DNA of 64,000 bases, taken from contig CAVWHX010000005.1 in the NCBI GenBank assembly GCA_963754925.1, forward strand, positions 128,001 to 192,000, read 5' to 3'. The translations under genes were made by a program, and so were the position numbers. The stretch is from an uncultured delta proteobacterium. GTDB lineage: Bacteria > Myxococcota > B64-G9. The notes under the pieces are model-generated. The model had not been told where the DNA came from. It ran no database searches and saw only the letters and a program-made list of their open reading frames with translations. Of the stretch, positions 9,821-20,231 are shown piece after piece (the first letter of the stretch is position 1; every line of letters starts with the position of its first letter).

Positions 9821-11632
9821 TTACGGCATCACCAGTAGTTGTTTAAGCTTCTCCACCGTGAATCCGAAGTGATCGCGGCAGGCGTCGAGCGTGCGGAAGG
9901 AGGCACCCAGTCCTTCGATGCACTTGGACGCGATCCGCGGCCGCAGCCCAAGCTCCTGGGTTAAATCGTAAACGAACGAGCGCAACGTGCCGGGCGCAAC
10001 ATCTTCTTCGATGGTGATGATCAACTCTGTCTGCGAGAGGCGTTCACGGTAATAATCGCGATCAATCGGTCCGTGAAAAACCCCCTGAACCATCAAGCCG
10101 AAGCCCTTGAAGTCGGTAGTAAGCATGCAATCAAGGGCAAGGCGGGTGCTGACCGTGCCGGTCGTCATAAAACAGCGGCTGAAATCGCCGCCTATGACCA
10201 GGGGCCGATCGATGACCAGAGGCTGGTTTGGAATCTCCAACGGCATGGGCGTTCGACGCAGGCGCAGGTATACCGAGCGCGATTGCGGCCCTACGGCCCA
10301 GTCCAAAAAGGCGTGGGTTTGTTCCGTGGTGACGGGCTCAAGAATGGTGAGGCCCGGTATAGCGTTCATTAAGGCCAGGTCGAAGATTGATTGGTGGGTC
10401 TTGCCGTCGGCAAAGTAACACAAGCCGGCATAATGGCCGACATAGATGATCTTTTTACCCTCGGTTGCGTTGACGAAAAGCTGATCCAAAGCGCGTTTGT
10501 AAAACGTTGCGTAGGTATTGACGACGGGAAGCTTGCCGTAGAGCGCAAGCCCGCCGGCGCATGAAACCATGTCTTGTTCACTGATGCCCATTTCTAAGAA
10601 GCGCGGATGGCCGACCAGGGCGTCCAGGCCGCATGAATGTACCAGATCGGCGTCCAGGACCGTAATCTCTGGGTAACGGTCGAGGTTTTCGGCAAGCCAT
10701 TGCGCATACGCATCGCGCGTTGCGAGCGGTTTGGAACCCTTCGCTGGGGCGGGCGGCACGCGAGGATGCGCCCGCGTACGATACGCTTCAAATTCTTCTT
10801 GCAGCACGCGATCCGAAGCGCGTTCGACCTGCTCGGCGACAATCTTGAGATAGAGCTCATCGTCGGGGACCCGTCCGTGCCAGGGTTGCCTGCCGGCGCG
10901 GGGGGCAAGATACGAGCTTCCGCCGGCTTTTATGGTATGGGCCAGTATGACCAGAGGTCTGCCCGCGTTTTGCTCCCAAGCCTCTGCCACAGCATTGACA
11001 TCGTGGCCGTCGATATCGATTGACGAAAGGCCGAGCCCGTCGAAGAGTCGTCGATAGTCGGCGATTCCCTTGACGTGTTCGACCGCGAGCTCACTTTGGA
11101 ATCCATTGAGATCGATGATGGCGGTGACATTGGTGAGCTTTCGCTGCGCGAGCGTTTGAAAAGCTTCGAAGACCTGGCCTTCCTGGAGCTCGCCGTCACC
11201 CAGAATGACGGCGAAGCGCAGTGAAGGTTGGTACAGGGCGAGCCCCAGGGTCTTGGAAAGCGCTTGGCCGAGCGAACCGGTGTTGGTGAGAATCCCGGGG
11301 GTCGAATGGTCGGTATGGGCTTGGAGCGCGTTGGGGCCGTCTTGATATGAAAGCAGCATGCGCCTATCGATCCATCCTCGCCCAAACAAGCAGGCATATT
11401 GCATGGCGGCCGCGTGGCCTTTGGAGAGCACCACGTTTTCCTCGCCGAAACGAAAGTACAGCACGGTCAAAAGCTCGGTGATGGAATAGCTCGCTCCGAT
11501 CCAGCCGTGCTCGGCGCTCTTGATGCAACTGAGGGCGTTGATGCGGTTGAAGGCACAGAGCTTGCGCAGGATACGATCGCTCGTCTCGTCCTGACGCTGA
11601 TAATGATGTTGGTCGACAACAAAAAGGTCCAT
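9821..11632 (-). CDS. tkt: Single-chain transketolase-like ThDP enzyme
   Basis: LSKGHA, TGSLGQ, GDGE...N ThDP motif, MGISEQ and DGKTHQ. Confidence 0.85.
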   Translation of the reverse strand: MDLFVVDQHHYQRQDETSDRILRKLCAFNRINALSCIKSAEHGWIGASYSITELLTVLYFRFGEENVVLSKGHAAAMQYACLFGRGWIDRRMLLSYQDGPNALQAHTDHSTPGILTNTGSLGQALSKTLGLALYQPSLRFAVILGDGELQEGQVFEAFQTLAQRKLTNVTAIIDLNGFQSELAVEHVKGIADYRRLFDGLGLSSIDIDGHDVNAVAEAWEQNAGRPLVILAHTIKAGGSSYLAPRAGRQPWHGRVPDDELYLKIVAEQVERASDRVLQEEFEAYRTRAHPRVPPAPAKGSKPLATRDAYAQWLAENLDRYPEITVLDADLVHSCGLDALVGHPRFLEMGISEQDMVSCAGGLALYGKLPVVNTYATFYKRALDQLFVNATEGKKIIYVGHYAGLCYFADGKTHQSIFDLALMNAIPGLTILEPVTTEQTHAFLDWAVGPQSRSVYLRLRRTPMPLEIPNQPLVIDRPLVIGGDFSRCFMTTGTVSTRLALDCMLTTDFKGFGLMVQGVFHGPIDRDYYRERLSQTELIITIEEDVAPGTLRSFVYDLTQELGLRPRIASKCIEGLGASFRTLDACRDHFGFTVEKLKQLLVMP

Positions 11633-11736
11633 GATTTTTTCTCGGCGTTTTCAAATACCCATAAGCAACGCCGCAGCAGCGAAACGCTCAAGCGCTGCCG
11701 TGCTCAATAAAACCGGCGCTCAGGTTACCATCGGCG

Positions 11737-12576
11737 TCAAGCCGAGGCAACCAAGCATTCTTCTTGTCGTGAACGACGCTCTGCAGTGAAGAGGGTGGCG
11801 AACTGGTGCAGGGTAATGCCATCGGCTTCTCTATTCCTGTCAAACGCTGCCGCCAAATCTGCTCGGAGCGATGCACGGAGATGCTGTGGAACGAGGCTCA
11901 TAAAGTTGCCAAAAGAGCTCGACTCGTTGAAATCGACAACATCCTCACCGCTCGGGAGGACTTGCACGCGTCTCACGACATGGAGCTCGATGAGTTCAAA
12001 CCGCTGTTCGACCAACAAGGTGACCAGCTCGGTTGTTGTGAGATACCGATTTATCAAATCAAACACCGACGGGTTCAGCTTTTCCAGGTACGGCGGTCGG
12101 CCAAACACGGACGCGCAGATGGTCGGCACCGTGCCGACCAGATAAAGCTCCCTGGGCAAGGTAGTACACCCCAGTCGTCCACCCGGGCGCAGCACCCGGC
12201 GAATCTCCGCGAGCGCCTTGGTCTTGTCCTCTATCCAATGAAACACGGCGCTCAGACACACCGCATCAAAGCTCTCGTCGGGAAAGCAACGAAGGTCCTC
12301 CGCGCTCCCAACCTCGAAGCGTATATCGCTGTTGCGGTTACGCGCCACGGCAATGCGTTCCGCCAAGGGATCGACACCGACCACAACGCCGCTCGGCCCG
12401 ACGCGTTTGTGGATCCAGCAAGCGAGTCGACCCGTGCCGCATCCGACATCGAGCACGCGATCACCCGCCTTGACGCCAAGCCTTTCGACTATCTGCTTAC
12501 CGCCGTTAAACTGCGAGTCGCTAATCCTGTCATAGATTTCGGCGAGGTGACGGTTATCGTGGTCGTAGGATGTCAT
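11737..12576 (-). CDS. Class I SAM-dependent methyltransferase
   Basis: VLDVGCGTG, SFDAV and LRPGG motifs. Confidence 0.9.
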   Translation of the reverse strand: MTSYDHDNRHLAEIYDRISDSQFNGGKQIVERLGVKAGDRVLDVGCGTGRLACWIHKRVGPSGVVVGVDPLAERIAVARNRNSDIRFEVGSAEDLRCFPDESFDAVCLSAVFHWIEDKTKALAEIRRVLRPGGRLGCTTLPRELYLVGTVPTICASVFGRPPYLEKLNPSVFDLINRYLTTTELVTLLVEQRFELIELHVVRRVQVLPSGEDVVDFNESSSFGNFMSLVPQHLRASLRADLAAAFDRNREADGITLHQFATLFTAERRSRQEECLVASA

Positions 12577-12660
12577 ACTATCGCTCTCCTTGCGGCAATA
12601 TGTTTAATACACAAGCCAATCTATGGCAAGACTGCTAACGCACTTTCGAGCGAGTTGCTT

Positions 12661-13248
12661 TTATTCTTGCGGCGTCGGGACACATAACCGCTTGGCGAGA
12701 TCCTCGGCTTGTGAAAGAATATCCGGGCGTGCGACGATCTGTGCCAGGTCATTCGTTTCGCAAGCCTGTATGAGATGCAATTCGTCAAAGCCGTAGAAGC
12801 GGAAGTAAAACCCATAGCGAGGAAAAATATCCGTATGAGAACCTTCGGCCGCCCCCTGAACTTGTATGAATACCAACTTCTTTCCCGGGGGCAGCCGGCA
12901 GGGCTGGGGGTTGCTCATGTAGTCGGGTTTTAGAAATGAAAACGTCCGTTCGAGAAAGGCTCTGATCTGATGATTGACATCACCGTAATAAACGGGTGTG
13001 GCTATGACCAGGATATCCGCCGCACGGACGTTGTTGAGTACCTCCGTGAGATCATCCCGCAAAACACATTCGCCCTCTTGACCCTGCTGGCAGCTTCGGC
13101 AGGCTTGACAGCCACGAAAGCGTATCTTGTGAAGTGAGTATGTCCGCACCTCGGCGCCGGCCTGTTTGGCTGTTTGATTGAAACGTTCTGCAATCATGCT
13201 GCTGTTTGACGCTTTTCGAGGACTTCCTAATATTGTGACTATCTTCAT
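12661..13248 (-). CDS. Flavodoxin family / iron-sulfur flavoprotein
   Basis: GSPRK, CQACRSC...C cluster, ATPVYYG. Confidence 0.88.
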   Translation of the reverse strand: MKIVTILGSPRKASNSSMIAERFNQTAKQAGAEVRTYSLHKIRFRGCQACRSCQQGQEGECVLRDDLTEVLNNVRAADILVIATPVYYGDVNHQIRAFLERTFSFLKPDYMSNPQPCRLPPGKKLVFIQVQGAAEGSHTDIFPRYGFYFRFYGFDELHLIQACETNDLAQIVARPDILSQAEDLAKRLCVPTPQE

Positions 13249-13512
13249 TAGTAATTCTCCTTCCGGTTTCCTAATTATCTAAACTTCTAAAATTATCGAA
13301 ATTCAAAATAAAAATTATTTCCAGATTCTCATATTAATAAAAGTGGAGAAACTCCAATATCTTAGGGTCAACCCAAAAGCTGATATTTGACCGTTGCGTA
13401 TAATTTGATTAGGCCTGCGTTTTGTAAGATGAGATTGTATTTGGGATGCGTTATCAAAGTGCAATGTGGTGCAGAGCGTAAGCCAGCTTTGCGCCGCGTC
13501 GAGTCGGCTGGA

Positions 13513-14557
13513 TTAGATACAGTGCAACAAGGTAAAGGCGGATGTGCTGCCGTCGCTCAACGTCAGCGTGGCTTCGCCGCAGGAAGTGCTGAATGTCAGG
13601 ATCTCCGTCCTGCCGGCGTACGGTCCATGAGTGAACGTCGTCGTGACATTGCCTGATGTTGGGAAGCAGCAAGGAGTAGCGTCGATGGTTTGGCCATAAC
13701 CTACCGTGTTGAATGAGGTCGTGCTGGTAAATTTCGCAAGATTATGTTGCACCGTGACCGTTCCGGTGACAACGCGGCTGGTTCCCGCGCCATGTACCGA
13801 TATACCGGCAGTGCCCGTCGTAACGGTGTGGTCCCACCATTCCCTGGCCTTACCGCTGACCGGAGTCAACGTTCCCGTCAGGTGGCTTCCGTTGATAGTC
13901 AGTTTCTTCGATGTGGCGCACGCGCTTGAACCACACTCGATCACCACGCCCTTGCTGTTCGCCGCGGGAACAACCGACCCGTCCCAGCCGGTTCCTGCGC
14001 CGTTGGTGTCATGGGTGATGGCATACGTGTTGTCATTGGGACCAGTAAGCGTGCGCGTATTGCCGCCTGTCGCCGTTGTAAGCGTCTGCTTGCAGCTGGC
14101 GGTTTGGTCCTCCATCGAGGCATCCGGCCCGGTACAGTTTATGTCATAAGCTCAGCAAAAAATCGCCGTTCCATTCCGAGGTTGCGGTCTTATCATTGGC
14201 CCACGTGATCGAGCAGCTTTTCGGCTTGAATGTGTAGGCGGAATTACCGAGAGGGTCAGGTGTAGCGTTACCATAAGTCGGAGTTAGCGTCCCGCCGGTG
14301 CAGGTCCATTTAGCGGCTAAAGCTGTGCTGATGGGCTTCAACAGCTCAACTGCACGTAGGATAATCGATTTTCGCTCGATCGGCAAATTCCAACCGACTA
14401 AACTTAGGTTCGAGTTGTTGTTTAGAGCCCCGCTAACGGCACTGACCGCGATGTCCGAGCCAGTGCCGTCACTGCCGCCCGAGCTCGAAGAGCCGCAGCC
14501 TATTTGGAAGCCTCCGACCAATGCGCACACCAGTATTGTCGTTGCGATTCTTTTCAT
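13513..14557 (-). CDS. Cys/Thr/Gly-rich hypothetical lipoprotein; one frameshift at ~14147
   Basis: Lipobox QIGC. ORFs 14144..14557 and 13513..14115 join if one T is removed (LLS|YDINCTGPDASMED). GAGGA RBS. Confidence 0.65.
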
Positions 14558-14911
14558 ATCCTTATTCCTCCTAGCGTTGGCGTCACTGACGCGTTGTTAA
14601 TAAAACTACCCGTTTCAGAAAACAATTCTCGACGATTGGTTATTTGACATAAGGCGACCCACATCAGATGTGCATTTGATTTCCTTACTCTCTCAATTTC
14701 CTACGGTGCTTACTTCAATCGGTTTAAAGCTAAGTCTGGATTACTTTCTGTCAATGATCGTGAAGAATTTTGGGAATTTTGAAATTTTGAGGGATAGTCT
14801 CAATTATGTACATCGAGTTGGCTGGCTCAGATACCGTGCAGCAACGTATAGGCGGATGTGCTGCCGTCGCTCGCCGTCAGCCTGGCTTTTCGCCCCGCAT
14901 TATCAACATGC

Positions 14912-15580
14912 TTATGGGGATGGAGGGTCCTGCTGCATCTCATGCGACTCGTGGATATGTACACCGGTTTCGTTCTTCAACGCCATACGCACCATCGCCC
15001 GGGCGACAGCCTCCGCCGGTATCGGAAGGTATTTCGAAAGCGGTCCGCGCATGACGATCCGCAGTAGGCCCGCGCTTTTTTGGAAAAACGCCTCAGCGGC
15101 CCGTTGCTCGGTCCGCTGGCCCAGAAGCAGCGAAGGCCTGAAAATGTGGACCGTCTGCAAGCCGACCTCTGAGATTTCCCGCTCTACCTCGCCCTTTACC
15201 CTATTGTAAAAAATCGACGAGCGCGGATTGGCCCCGAGTGCCGAGACCAGCAGATACTGCCGGGCCCCCATCTCTTGGGCAAGCCGCACTGCCTGAACCG
15301 GATAATCGTAATCCACGCGCCGAAAGGCCTCCTTGGACTTCGCCATTGCCATGGTTGTCCCCAAACAGCAGAATACGTCGTCAACGGCAAAAAGCGGCCG
15401 ATATTCGGGAAGTCGATCGAAATTCACCACCTGCTGGATAAGCTTGTGGTGAGTAGCGGGAATTTCTCGTCTGACGAGCGCCAGCACCGAGTCATACTGA
15501 TCGGCGTTCAGAAGACGCTGCAAAAGTGAACTTCCGACCAGACCTGTTGCGCCGAGAATAAGAGCCTTCTTTTTTTTCAT
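14912..15580 (-). CDS. NAD(P)-binding oxidoreductase (YraR/HTATIP2-like)
   Basis: GATGLVG, FCCLGTT, YNRVKG and RPSLLLG motifs. Confidence 0.88.
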   Translation of the reverse strand: MKKKKALILGATGLVGSSLLQRLLNADQYDSVLALVRREIPATHHKLIQQVVNFDRLPEYRPLFAVDDVFCCLGTTMAMAKSKEAFRRVDYDYPVQAVRLAQEMGARQYLLVSALGANPRSSIFYNRVKGEVEREISEVGLQTVHIFRPSLLLGQRTEQRAAEAFFQKSAGLLRIVMRGPLSKYLPIPAEAVARAMVRMALKNETGVHIHESHEMQQDPPSP

Positions 15581-15707
15581 GTACAACTCCCGACGCTGTG
15601 GATTTTTTCACCGGTGGGCTTGGTTGCGCAACTATTATTCTTCGCCTGTGGCTATTGCACGAGGGATGACCTCTAACGCGAGGACAGCAAGTAGGCCCTT
15701 CGCTATG

Positions 15708-16328
15708 CTACAGCTGTTCAAACACCGATCGGATGAGCGCGTAGTCTCCCTCGTGGATCGAGCCGGTGCGGATACAGCGCACTTTTCCGCCGGGCATGAT
15801 GAGCATGCTGACGGGGATTGAGGTATCGGCGGGCAAACGGTAGCGCTGGAGCCATTCGGCAATACGATCGGGCTGCCGAACCCGGTAGGAGTGCTCCCGG
15901 CCGAATTCAGGGTATCTCGATAGATACTCGGTGATATCGTCGGGATTATCGTCGAGCGACACAAACCAATTTTCGAGCGCCGCCCCATCGCTTTGCAATT
16001 GGCGCCCAAAGCCAAGCACGAGCGGCAGCTCGCGCAGGCAGGGTTTGCACCAGGTGGCCCAAAGGTTCAACCACACAAAGCGATCGGGGGGCAGGGCGGT
16101 CGTTTTTATGGTGCCAGCGACCGGAACCACCGCCGGCAGCTCAAGCCGTGGGGCGGCGTTGGCTGGGTAGTATACATCGCACCACTCCTTGGCCGACGTT
16201 TTAGGTTTATCGGAAGTGACCGCCTCGACCCGCGCGCGCACCGGCTCTTTCTGCTTTTGCTCGCTCTGGCAAGCAGGAAGCAAGGCGATACACATCAATG
16301 CTATGAAAAGACGACGGTGAAATTTCAA
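15708..16328 (-). CDS. TlpA-like thioredoxin-fold lipoprotein
   Basis: Lipobox LPAC; NLWATWCKPC motif. Confidence 0.85.
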   Translation of the reverse strand: MKFHRRLFIALMCIALLPACQSEQKQKEPVRARVEAVTSDKPKTSAKEWCDVYYPANAAPRLELPAVVPVAGTIKTTALPPDRFVWLNLWATWCKPCLRELPLVLGFGRQLQSDGAALENWFVSLDDNPDDITEYLSRYPEFGREHSYRVRQPDRIAEWLQRYRLPADTSIPVSMLIMPGGKVRCIRTGSIHEGDYALIRSVFEQL

Positions 16329-16398
16329 ACAGGCAACCTTTCAAGTATCGGTGGCGGTATCGACATGGGGGAAGGTCGTTGGACGACGTGCGGCATGG

Positions 16399-17100
16399 TT
16401 ACAGTTGGCAGTCGATCCAGGCGATAAAGGCCGAGCGGTTTAATTCTACGGTGGAGCATGGTTCGTTTGGCCGCGAGCGGTTCCACTGGCAGTATTCCTC
16501 CGCCAACTGAGCGAACTCCTCACCCAACCACAGCAGACCGACCTCTTGTTCGAGATCCGGGTCATGAAATTTATCATTGAGGTATGCAAGCACAGTGTTG
16601 GCGCGCTTTTCCGACAAATCACGGTTGTGGATTGTCGAGCCTTCGGGGGAGGCGCGCGCCACCACCAGAAAGTACGAAGCGCCGCGCTGATCGGTGAAGG
16701 TCTTGTTAAGCAAGGCGTTCCCCGGTTCATCGAGTTCGGACTTGTCCTTATCGAATTGAATGATGGCGGCGCGGTTCTGGAGCGGTTTGAACAGGGCATT
16801 GAAATCATCGCCGCTCATGGCCGCGACATTCTTTGCTTCTAACGGTTGGCAGCCATGCCCCTTATTGCCCTTGACCAGGCCGCAGGACGTCAACACCCTT
16901 TTAAGGATTTGCTTGAGATCCTTGGTGCAGTAACCTTCATCCGAAACACTGGCGACGGCAATTTGCTTATCCTTGGCGTTCGCCTCGTTGCTGCTGGCCA
17001 TGAGCCTCGAGGAAGCCGAACCGACCCAGAGCGCAACTAGTATGCATATTAACCCCAGACCGCTAAGAAAACAGCTCAGGTGGATAAAAGAGGATTTCAT
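16399..17100 (-). CDS. Membrane-anchored Cys-rich protein with an OmpA-like C-terminal domain
   Basis: N-terminal TM helix; IQFDKDKSEL and ARASPEG...NRDLSEKRANTV resemble the OmpA/Pal fold; six Cys after the anchor. Confidence 0.65.
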   Translation of the reverse strand: MKSSFIHLSCFLSGLGLICILVALWVGSASSRLMASSNEANAKDKQIAVASVSDEGYCTKDLKQILKRVLTSCGLVKGNKGHGCQPLEAKNVAAMSGDDFNALFKPLQNRAAIIQFDKDKSELDEPGNALLNKTFTDQRGASYFLVVARASPEGSTIHNRDLSEKRANTVLAYLNDKFHDPDLEQEVGLLWLGEEFAQLAEEYCQWNRSRPNEPCSTVELNRSAFIAWIDCQL

Positions 17101-17101
17101 A

Positions 17102-18347
17102 TTATTCCCTCCCCCGAGGACTTTTGTCCACTCGGGCAAGATGCGGAGCATGCAGGAGCCTGGTGAGGGTGTATTCCAAACCCAGTTCGATGTCCTCGTC
17201 GCAGATTTTTTTCCCATGCACATACAGCTGCGGGGTCAAGACCGGCAAGGAATTTGACGTAAGCCAGCGCAGCGCTTTGTTCAGGCGAGCCTTTACCTCG
17301 GGTGAATTGACACAGGCGGCGAGAGCGGGGAAATCGTGCGCGATCCGTTCGTAGATTGCTTGGGGGTTTTTTTCGGCTTGGGAACGCAGTTGTGCATGGT
17401 TTTCAAAAGCCCATTCTAGGACCGCGGGGGCTTTGTCGTTGGCGCAGAGCAACGCCTCGGATACGGCGCAGGCGCCGGGGTGCACCGATTTGCTGATCAT
17501 CCAGTTGCATTCCGCGTCCAACGGAAAGAGCGCCCCCTCCAGGTCGAGCTTGCCGTAATGCTCGCTTGCGCGCAGTCGCTTGTCCAGGACTCTACAGGCG
17601 GGGCAGAGAGGATCGAGAACCTCGATCGTCGGGACGCCATCCGCCACCGGGTGAAGTTTTATTCGGGTGCCGTAGGTATCCTCGATTTTAAGCAGCTTGC
17701 CGCAGTTGCCCAATTTATCGGTGTAGATTGGCTTCACCCACAGGTAGAGCAGTATCGGCAATAGGACGAAAGCGACACCCTCAAGGAAATAAAACGTCCA
17801 CACGCCCCAGGGTTTTTGGGCGGGCTGAGCGGCATTCGTGAGCAAATTGCGCGTGAACCAATAGGCAGCCCCCGCAGCCAGAAATAATCCGGTGGAGGCA
17901 ACGTATATGCCTGCGCAATCCTTGCAAACTTCTCCGACCATTTTCACCGATATGACCAAGTAGACGATTGACGTCAGGAGTGGAAGCAAAGAAGCCGCGA
18001 CCAGATACAGGGTTTCGTTGCGATCGTTCTCGCGTTTACGGAGCAGCACCTCGATGATCTTGAAGAGCATATAGAAAAACACGGCCAAGCCAGGGAGGGC
18101 TATCGGGATGCCTCCCCATGTGCTCGTCTTTAAAGACGGCCGAGTAGGGGCTCATCATGACGGCGAAGCAGCCGCTGGTTCCGCTGGAGTCGGGGGCGCC
18201 GAGCCCCGGGACGTACGAACAGCTTACCGCATGGACCTGGCGATCGAGATGGGCGACGTAGTCGTACGTCGAGATGCCCGTAAACAGCACCCCGAGCGCT
18301 GCGAAGATCGCCATAACGATTAACGCAACCGCTGGTTTGTTTTTCAT
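17102..18347 (-). CDS. VKOR-DsbA (thioredoxin-fold) fusion; one frameshift at ~18133
   Basis: VKOR loop Cys pair (SC...GC) and CKDC; DsbA-like DPLCPAC and LTP. ORFs join if one A is removed (F|KTSTWGGIPIALPGLAVF). Confidence 0.8.
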
Positions 18348-18566
18348 AGTGTCCTCTCGTGGCATGATCTTTTACAAAACCTATTAACGTTTTGCACGCT
18401 CATACTATTCAAACGGTTGTGTTGTATCCATAGTTTTAAAAAATCGCAAGTTTGGAATAGGGAGGGGGGCACCAGGGGAATAATTTGGAGTTTTTTGCTG
18501 TTTATGTGCCGATGCCGAATTTTAGCTATTGACACTGAATAGAATTTCGTGTTTGAACGCTCAACA

Positions 18567-19493
18567 ATGATCAAAGCTCAAAATCTCATTAAAGACTATG
18601 GTGAACTTCGCGCCGTTGATGATGTGAGCTTCACCATAGCCGGCGGCGAAATCGTCGGTTTGCTCGGGCTCAATGGCGCCGGCAAGACCACCCTCCTGCG
18701 CATGCTGGCAAGCCTTTTGACGCCGACTTCGGGCGCGGTAACGGTTGACGGTGTCGAGGTGGAAGCCGACGGTGAAGCCCTGAGACAACGAATCGGTTTT
18801 CTGCCGGAGGTTCCGCCGCTGTATGGTGAAATGACGGTGGCCAACTTTTTGGGATTTGTTGCCCGGTTGCGAAAGGTCCCTGATAACGAGGCGGAAGGCC
18901 GGGTGCAGGAGGCGGCCGAACGCTGTCAAATCGGCACGGTTCTCCACCAACGTATTGACACGTTGTCGTTTGGTTACCGCAAGCGCGTTGGCATCGCTCA
19001 AGCAGTCATTCACCGGCCGCCGCTGGTTATTCTCGATGAGCCCATCGCCGGGTTGGATCCGGCGCAAATTGTCGAGATGCGGGAACTGGTCAAAAAGTTA
19101 AAAGGCACTCATACCGTCGTGCTCTCCAGCCACATCCTTGCCGAAATTAGCCAGACCTGCGATCGGATTTTCGTGATGCACCGCGGTCGTATCGTCGCAC
19201 AGGGGAGCGAGTCCGAACTCGGGAGCCAGCTTAATAAAAAACAAAGCCTCAAGCTGCAGGTGCGCGCGGCGCGCGAGGCGGTGACTCAGATCATCAAGGG
19301 CTTTCCCGGCGTGGCGGACCTCACCGTAACCCATGAGGAAGATGGGGTGGTCCAGCTCGCGGTGGTTTCGAGCAGTGATATCAAGGAGGAGCTGAGCGCA
19401 ACCATCATCAAGGCGGGTTTCGGCTTGCGTCATCTCTCGAGCAGCGAAGAGCGGCTTGAGGAAATATTCCTCAGCCTCACCACTACTTCTTGA
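18567..19493 (+). CDS. ABC transporter ATP-binding protein (GldA-like)
   Basis: Walker A GLNGAGKT, Walker B VILDEP, SSH switch. Confidence 0.93.
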   Translation: MIKAQNLIKDYGELRAVDDVSFTIAGGEIVGLLGLNGAGKTTLLRMLASLLTPTSGAVTVDGVEVEADGEALRQRIGFLPEVPPLYGEMTVANFLGFVARLRKVPDNEAEGRVQEAAERCQIGTVLHQRIDTLSFGYRKRVGIAQAVIHRPPLVILDEPIAGLDPAQIVEMRELVKKLKGTHTVVLSSHILAEISQTCDRIFVMHRGRIVAQGSESELGSQLNKKQSLKLQVRAAREAVTQIIKGFPGVADLTVTHEEDGVVQLAVVSSSDIKEELSATIIKAGFGLRHLSSSEERLEEIFLSLTTTS

Positions 19494-19502
19494 GGAGGGC
19501 GT

Positions 19503-20231
19503 GTGAAAAGCATGCTGCTTATTGCCCGACGGGAACTCGCGGCCACCATCCTCTCCCCGTTGGGGTTTGTCGTTGCCGCTATTATTTTGGCGTTGGATGG
19601 GTTGCTCTTCAATGTGTTTGCGCTGGCCCCGACCGAGCGGAGGCTTTCGGCCGAGGTTCTGGCCCAATTTTTCTACCTGCTTTCGGGCACCACGGTGGTT
19701 GCGAGCGTGCTTATCTCCATGCGCCTGATCGCCGAGGAGCACCAAAACCAAACTATCGTTCTGCTCTTGACGTCGCCGGTCACCGACTTCCAAATCGTTC
19801 TCGGTAAATTCCTGGGCGCGTTCGCTTTTTTGGCGCTTTTGACCGTGATGACGTTTTACATGCCGCTTCTGATCATGGTGCATGGAAAGATCTCCTTCGG
19901 TCATCTGCTCGCTGGCTACCTGGGATTGCTGCTCATCGGCTCAGCCAGCCTCGCCGTCGGGCTTTTTGGTTCGTCCCTCTCGAAATCACAGATCATGGCG
20001 GGCTTTATCTCCGCTGCGATGGTGGTGGCGCTGTTGATGGTGTTTAATCTCGCCCGCATCGCTGAGAAACCGCTCGATGGGATCTTCAGCGCGTTGGCTT
20101 TGCACAATATCCATTTCCGCCCTTTTATGCTCGGCACGATCCACAGCAGGGATATCGTCTATTACCTGTCGGTGACCGTATTCTTTTTGTTCGCGGCCAC
20201 CCGGATGCTGGAGTCGCGGCGATGGCGCTAG
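19503..20231 (+). CDS. ABC-2 permease (GldF-like)
   Basis: ISMRLIAEE...LLTSPV...IVLGKF motif; six TM segments; C-terminal LESRRW. Confidence 0.9.
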   Translation: MKSMLLIARRELAATILSPLGFVVAAIILALDGLLFNVFALAPTERRLSAEVLAQFFYLLSGTTVVASVLISMRLIAEEHQNQTIVLLLTSPVTDFQIVLGKFLGAFAFLALLTVMTFYMPLLIMVHGKISFGHLLAGYLGLLLIGSASLAVGLFGSSLSKSQIMAGFISAAMVVALLMVFNLARIAEKPLDGIFSALALHNIHFRPFMLGTIHSRDIVYYLSVTVFFLFAATRMLESRRWR

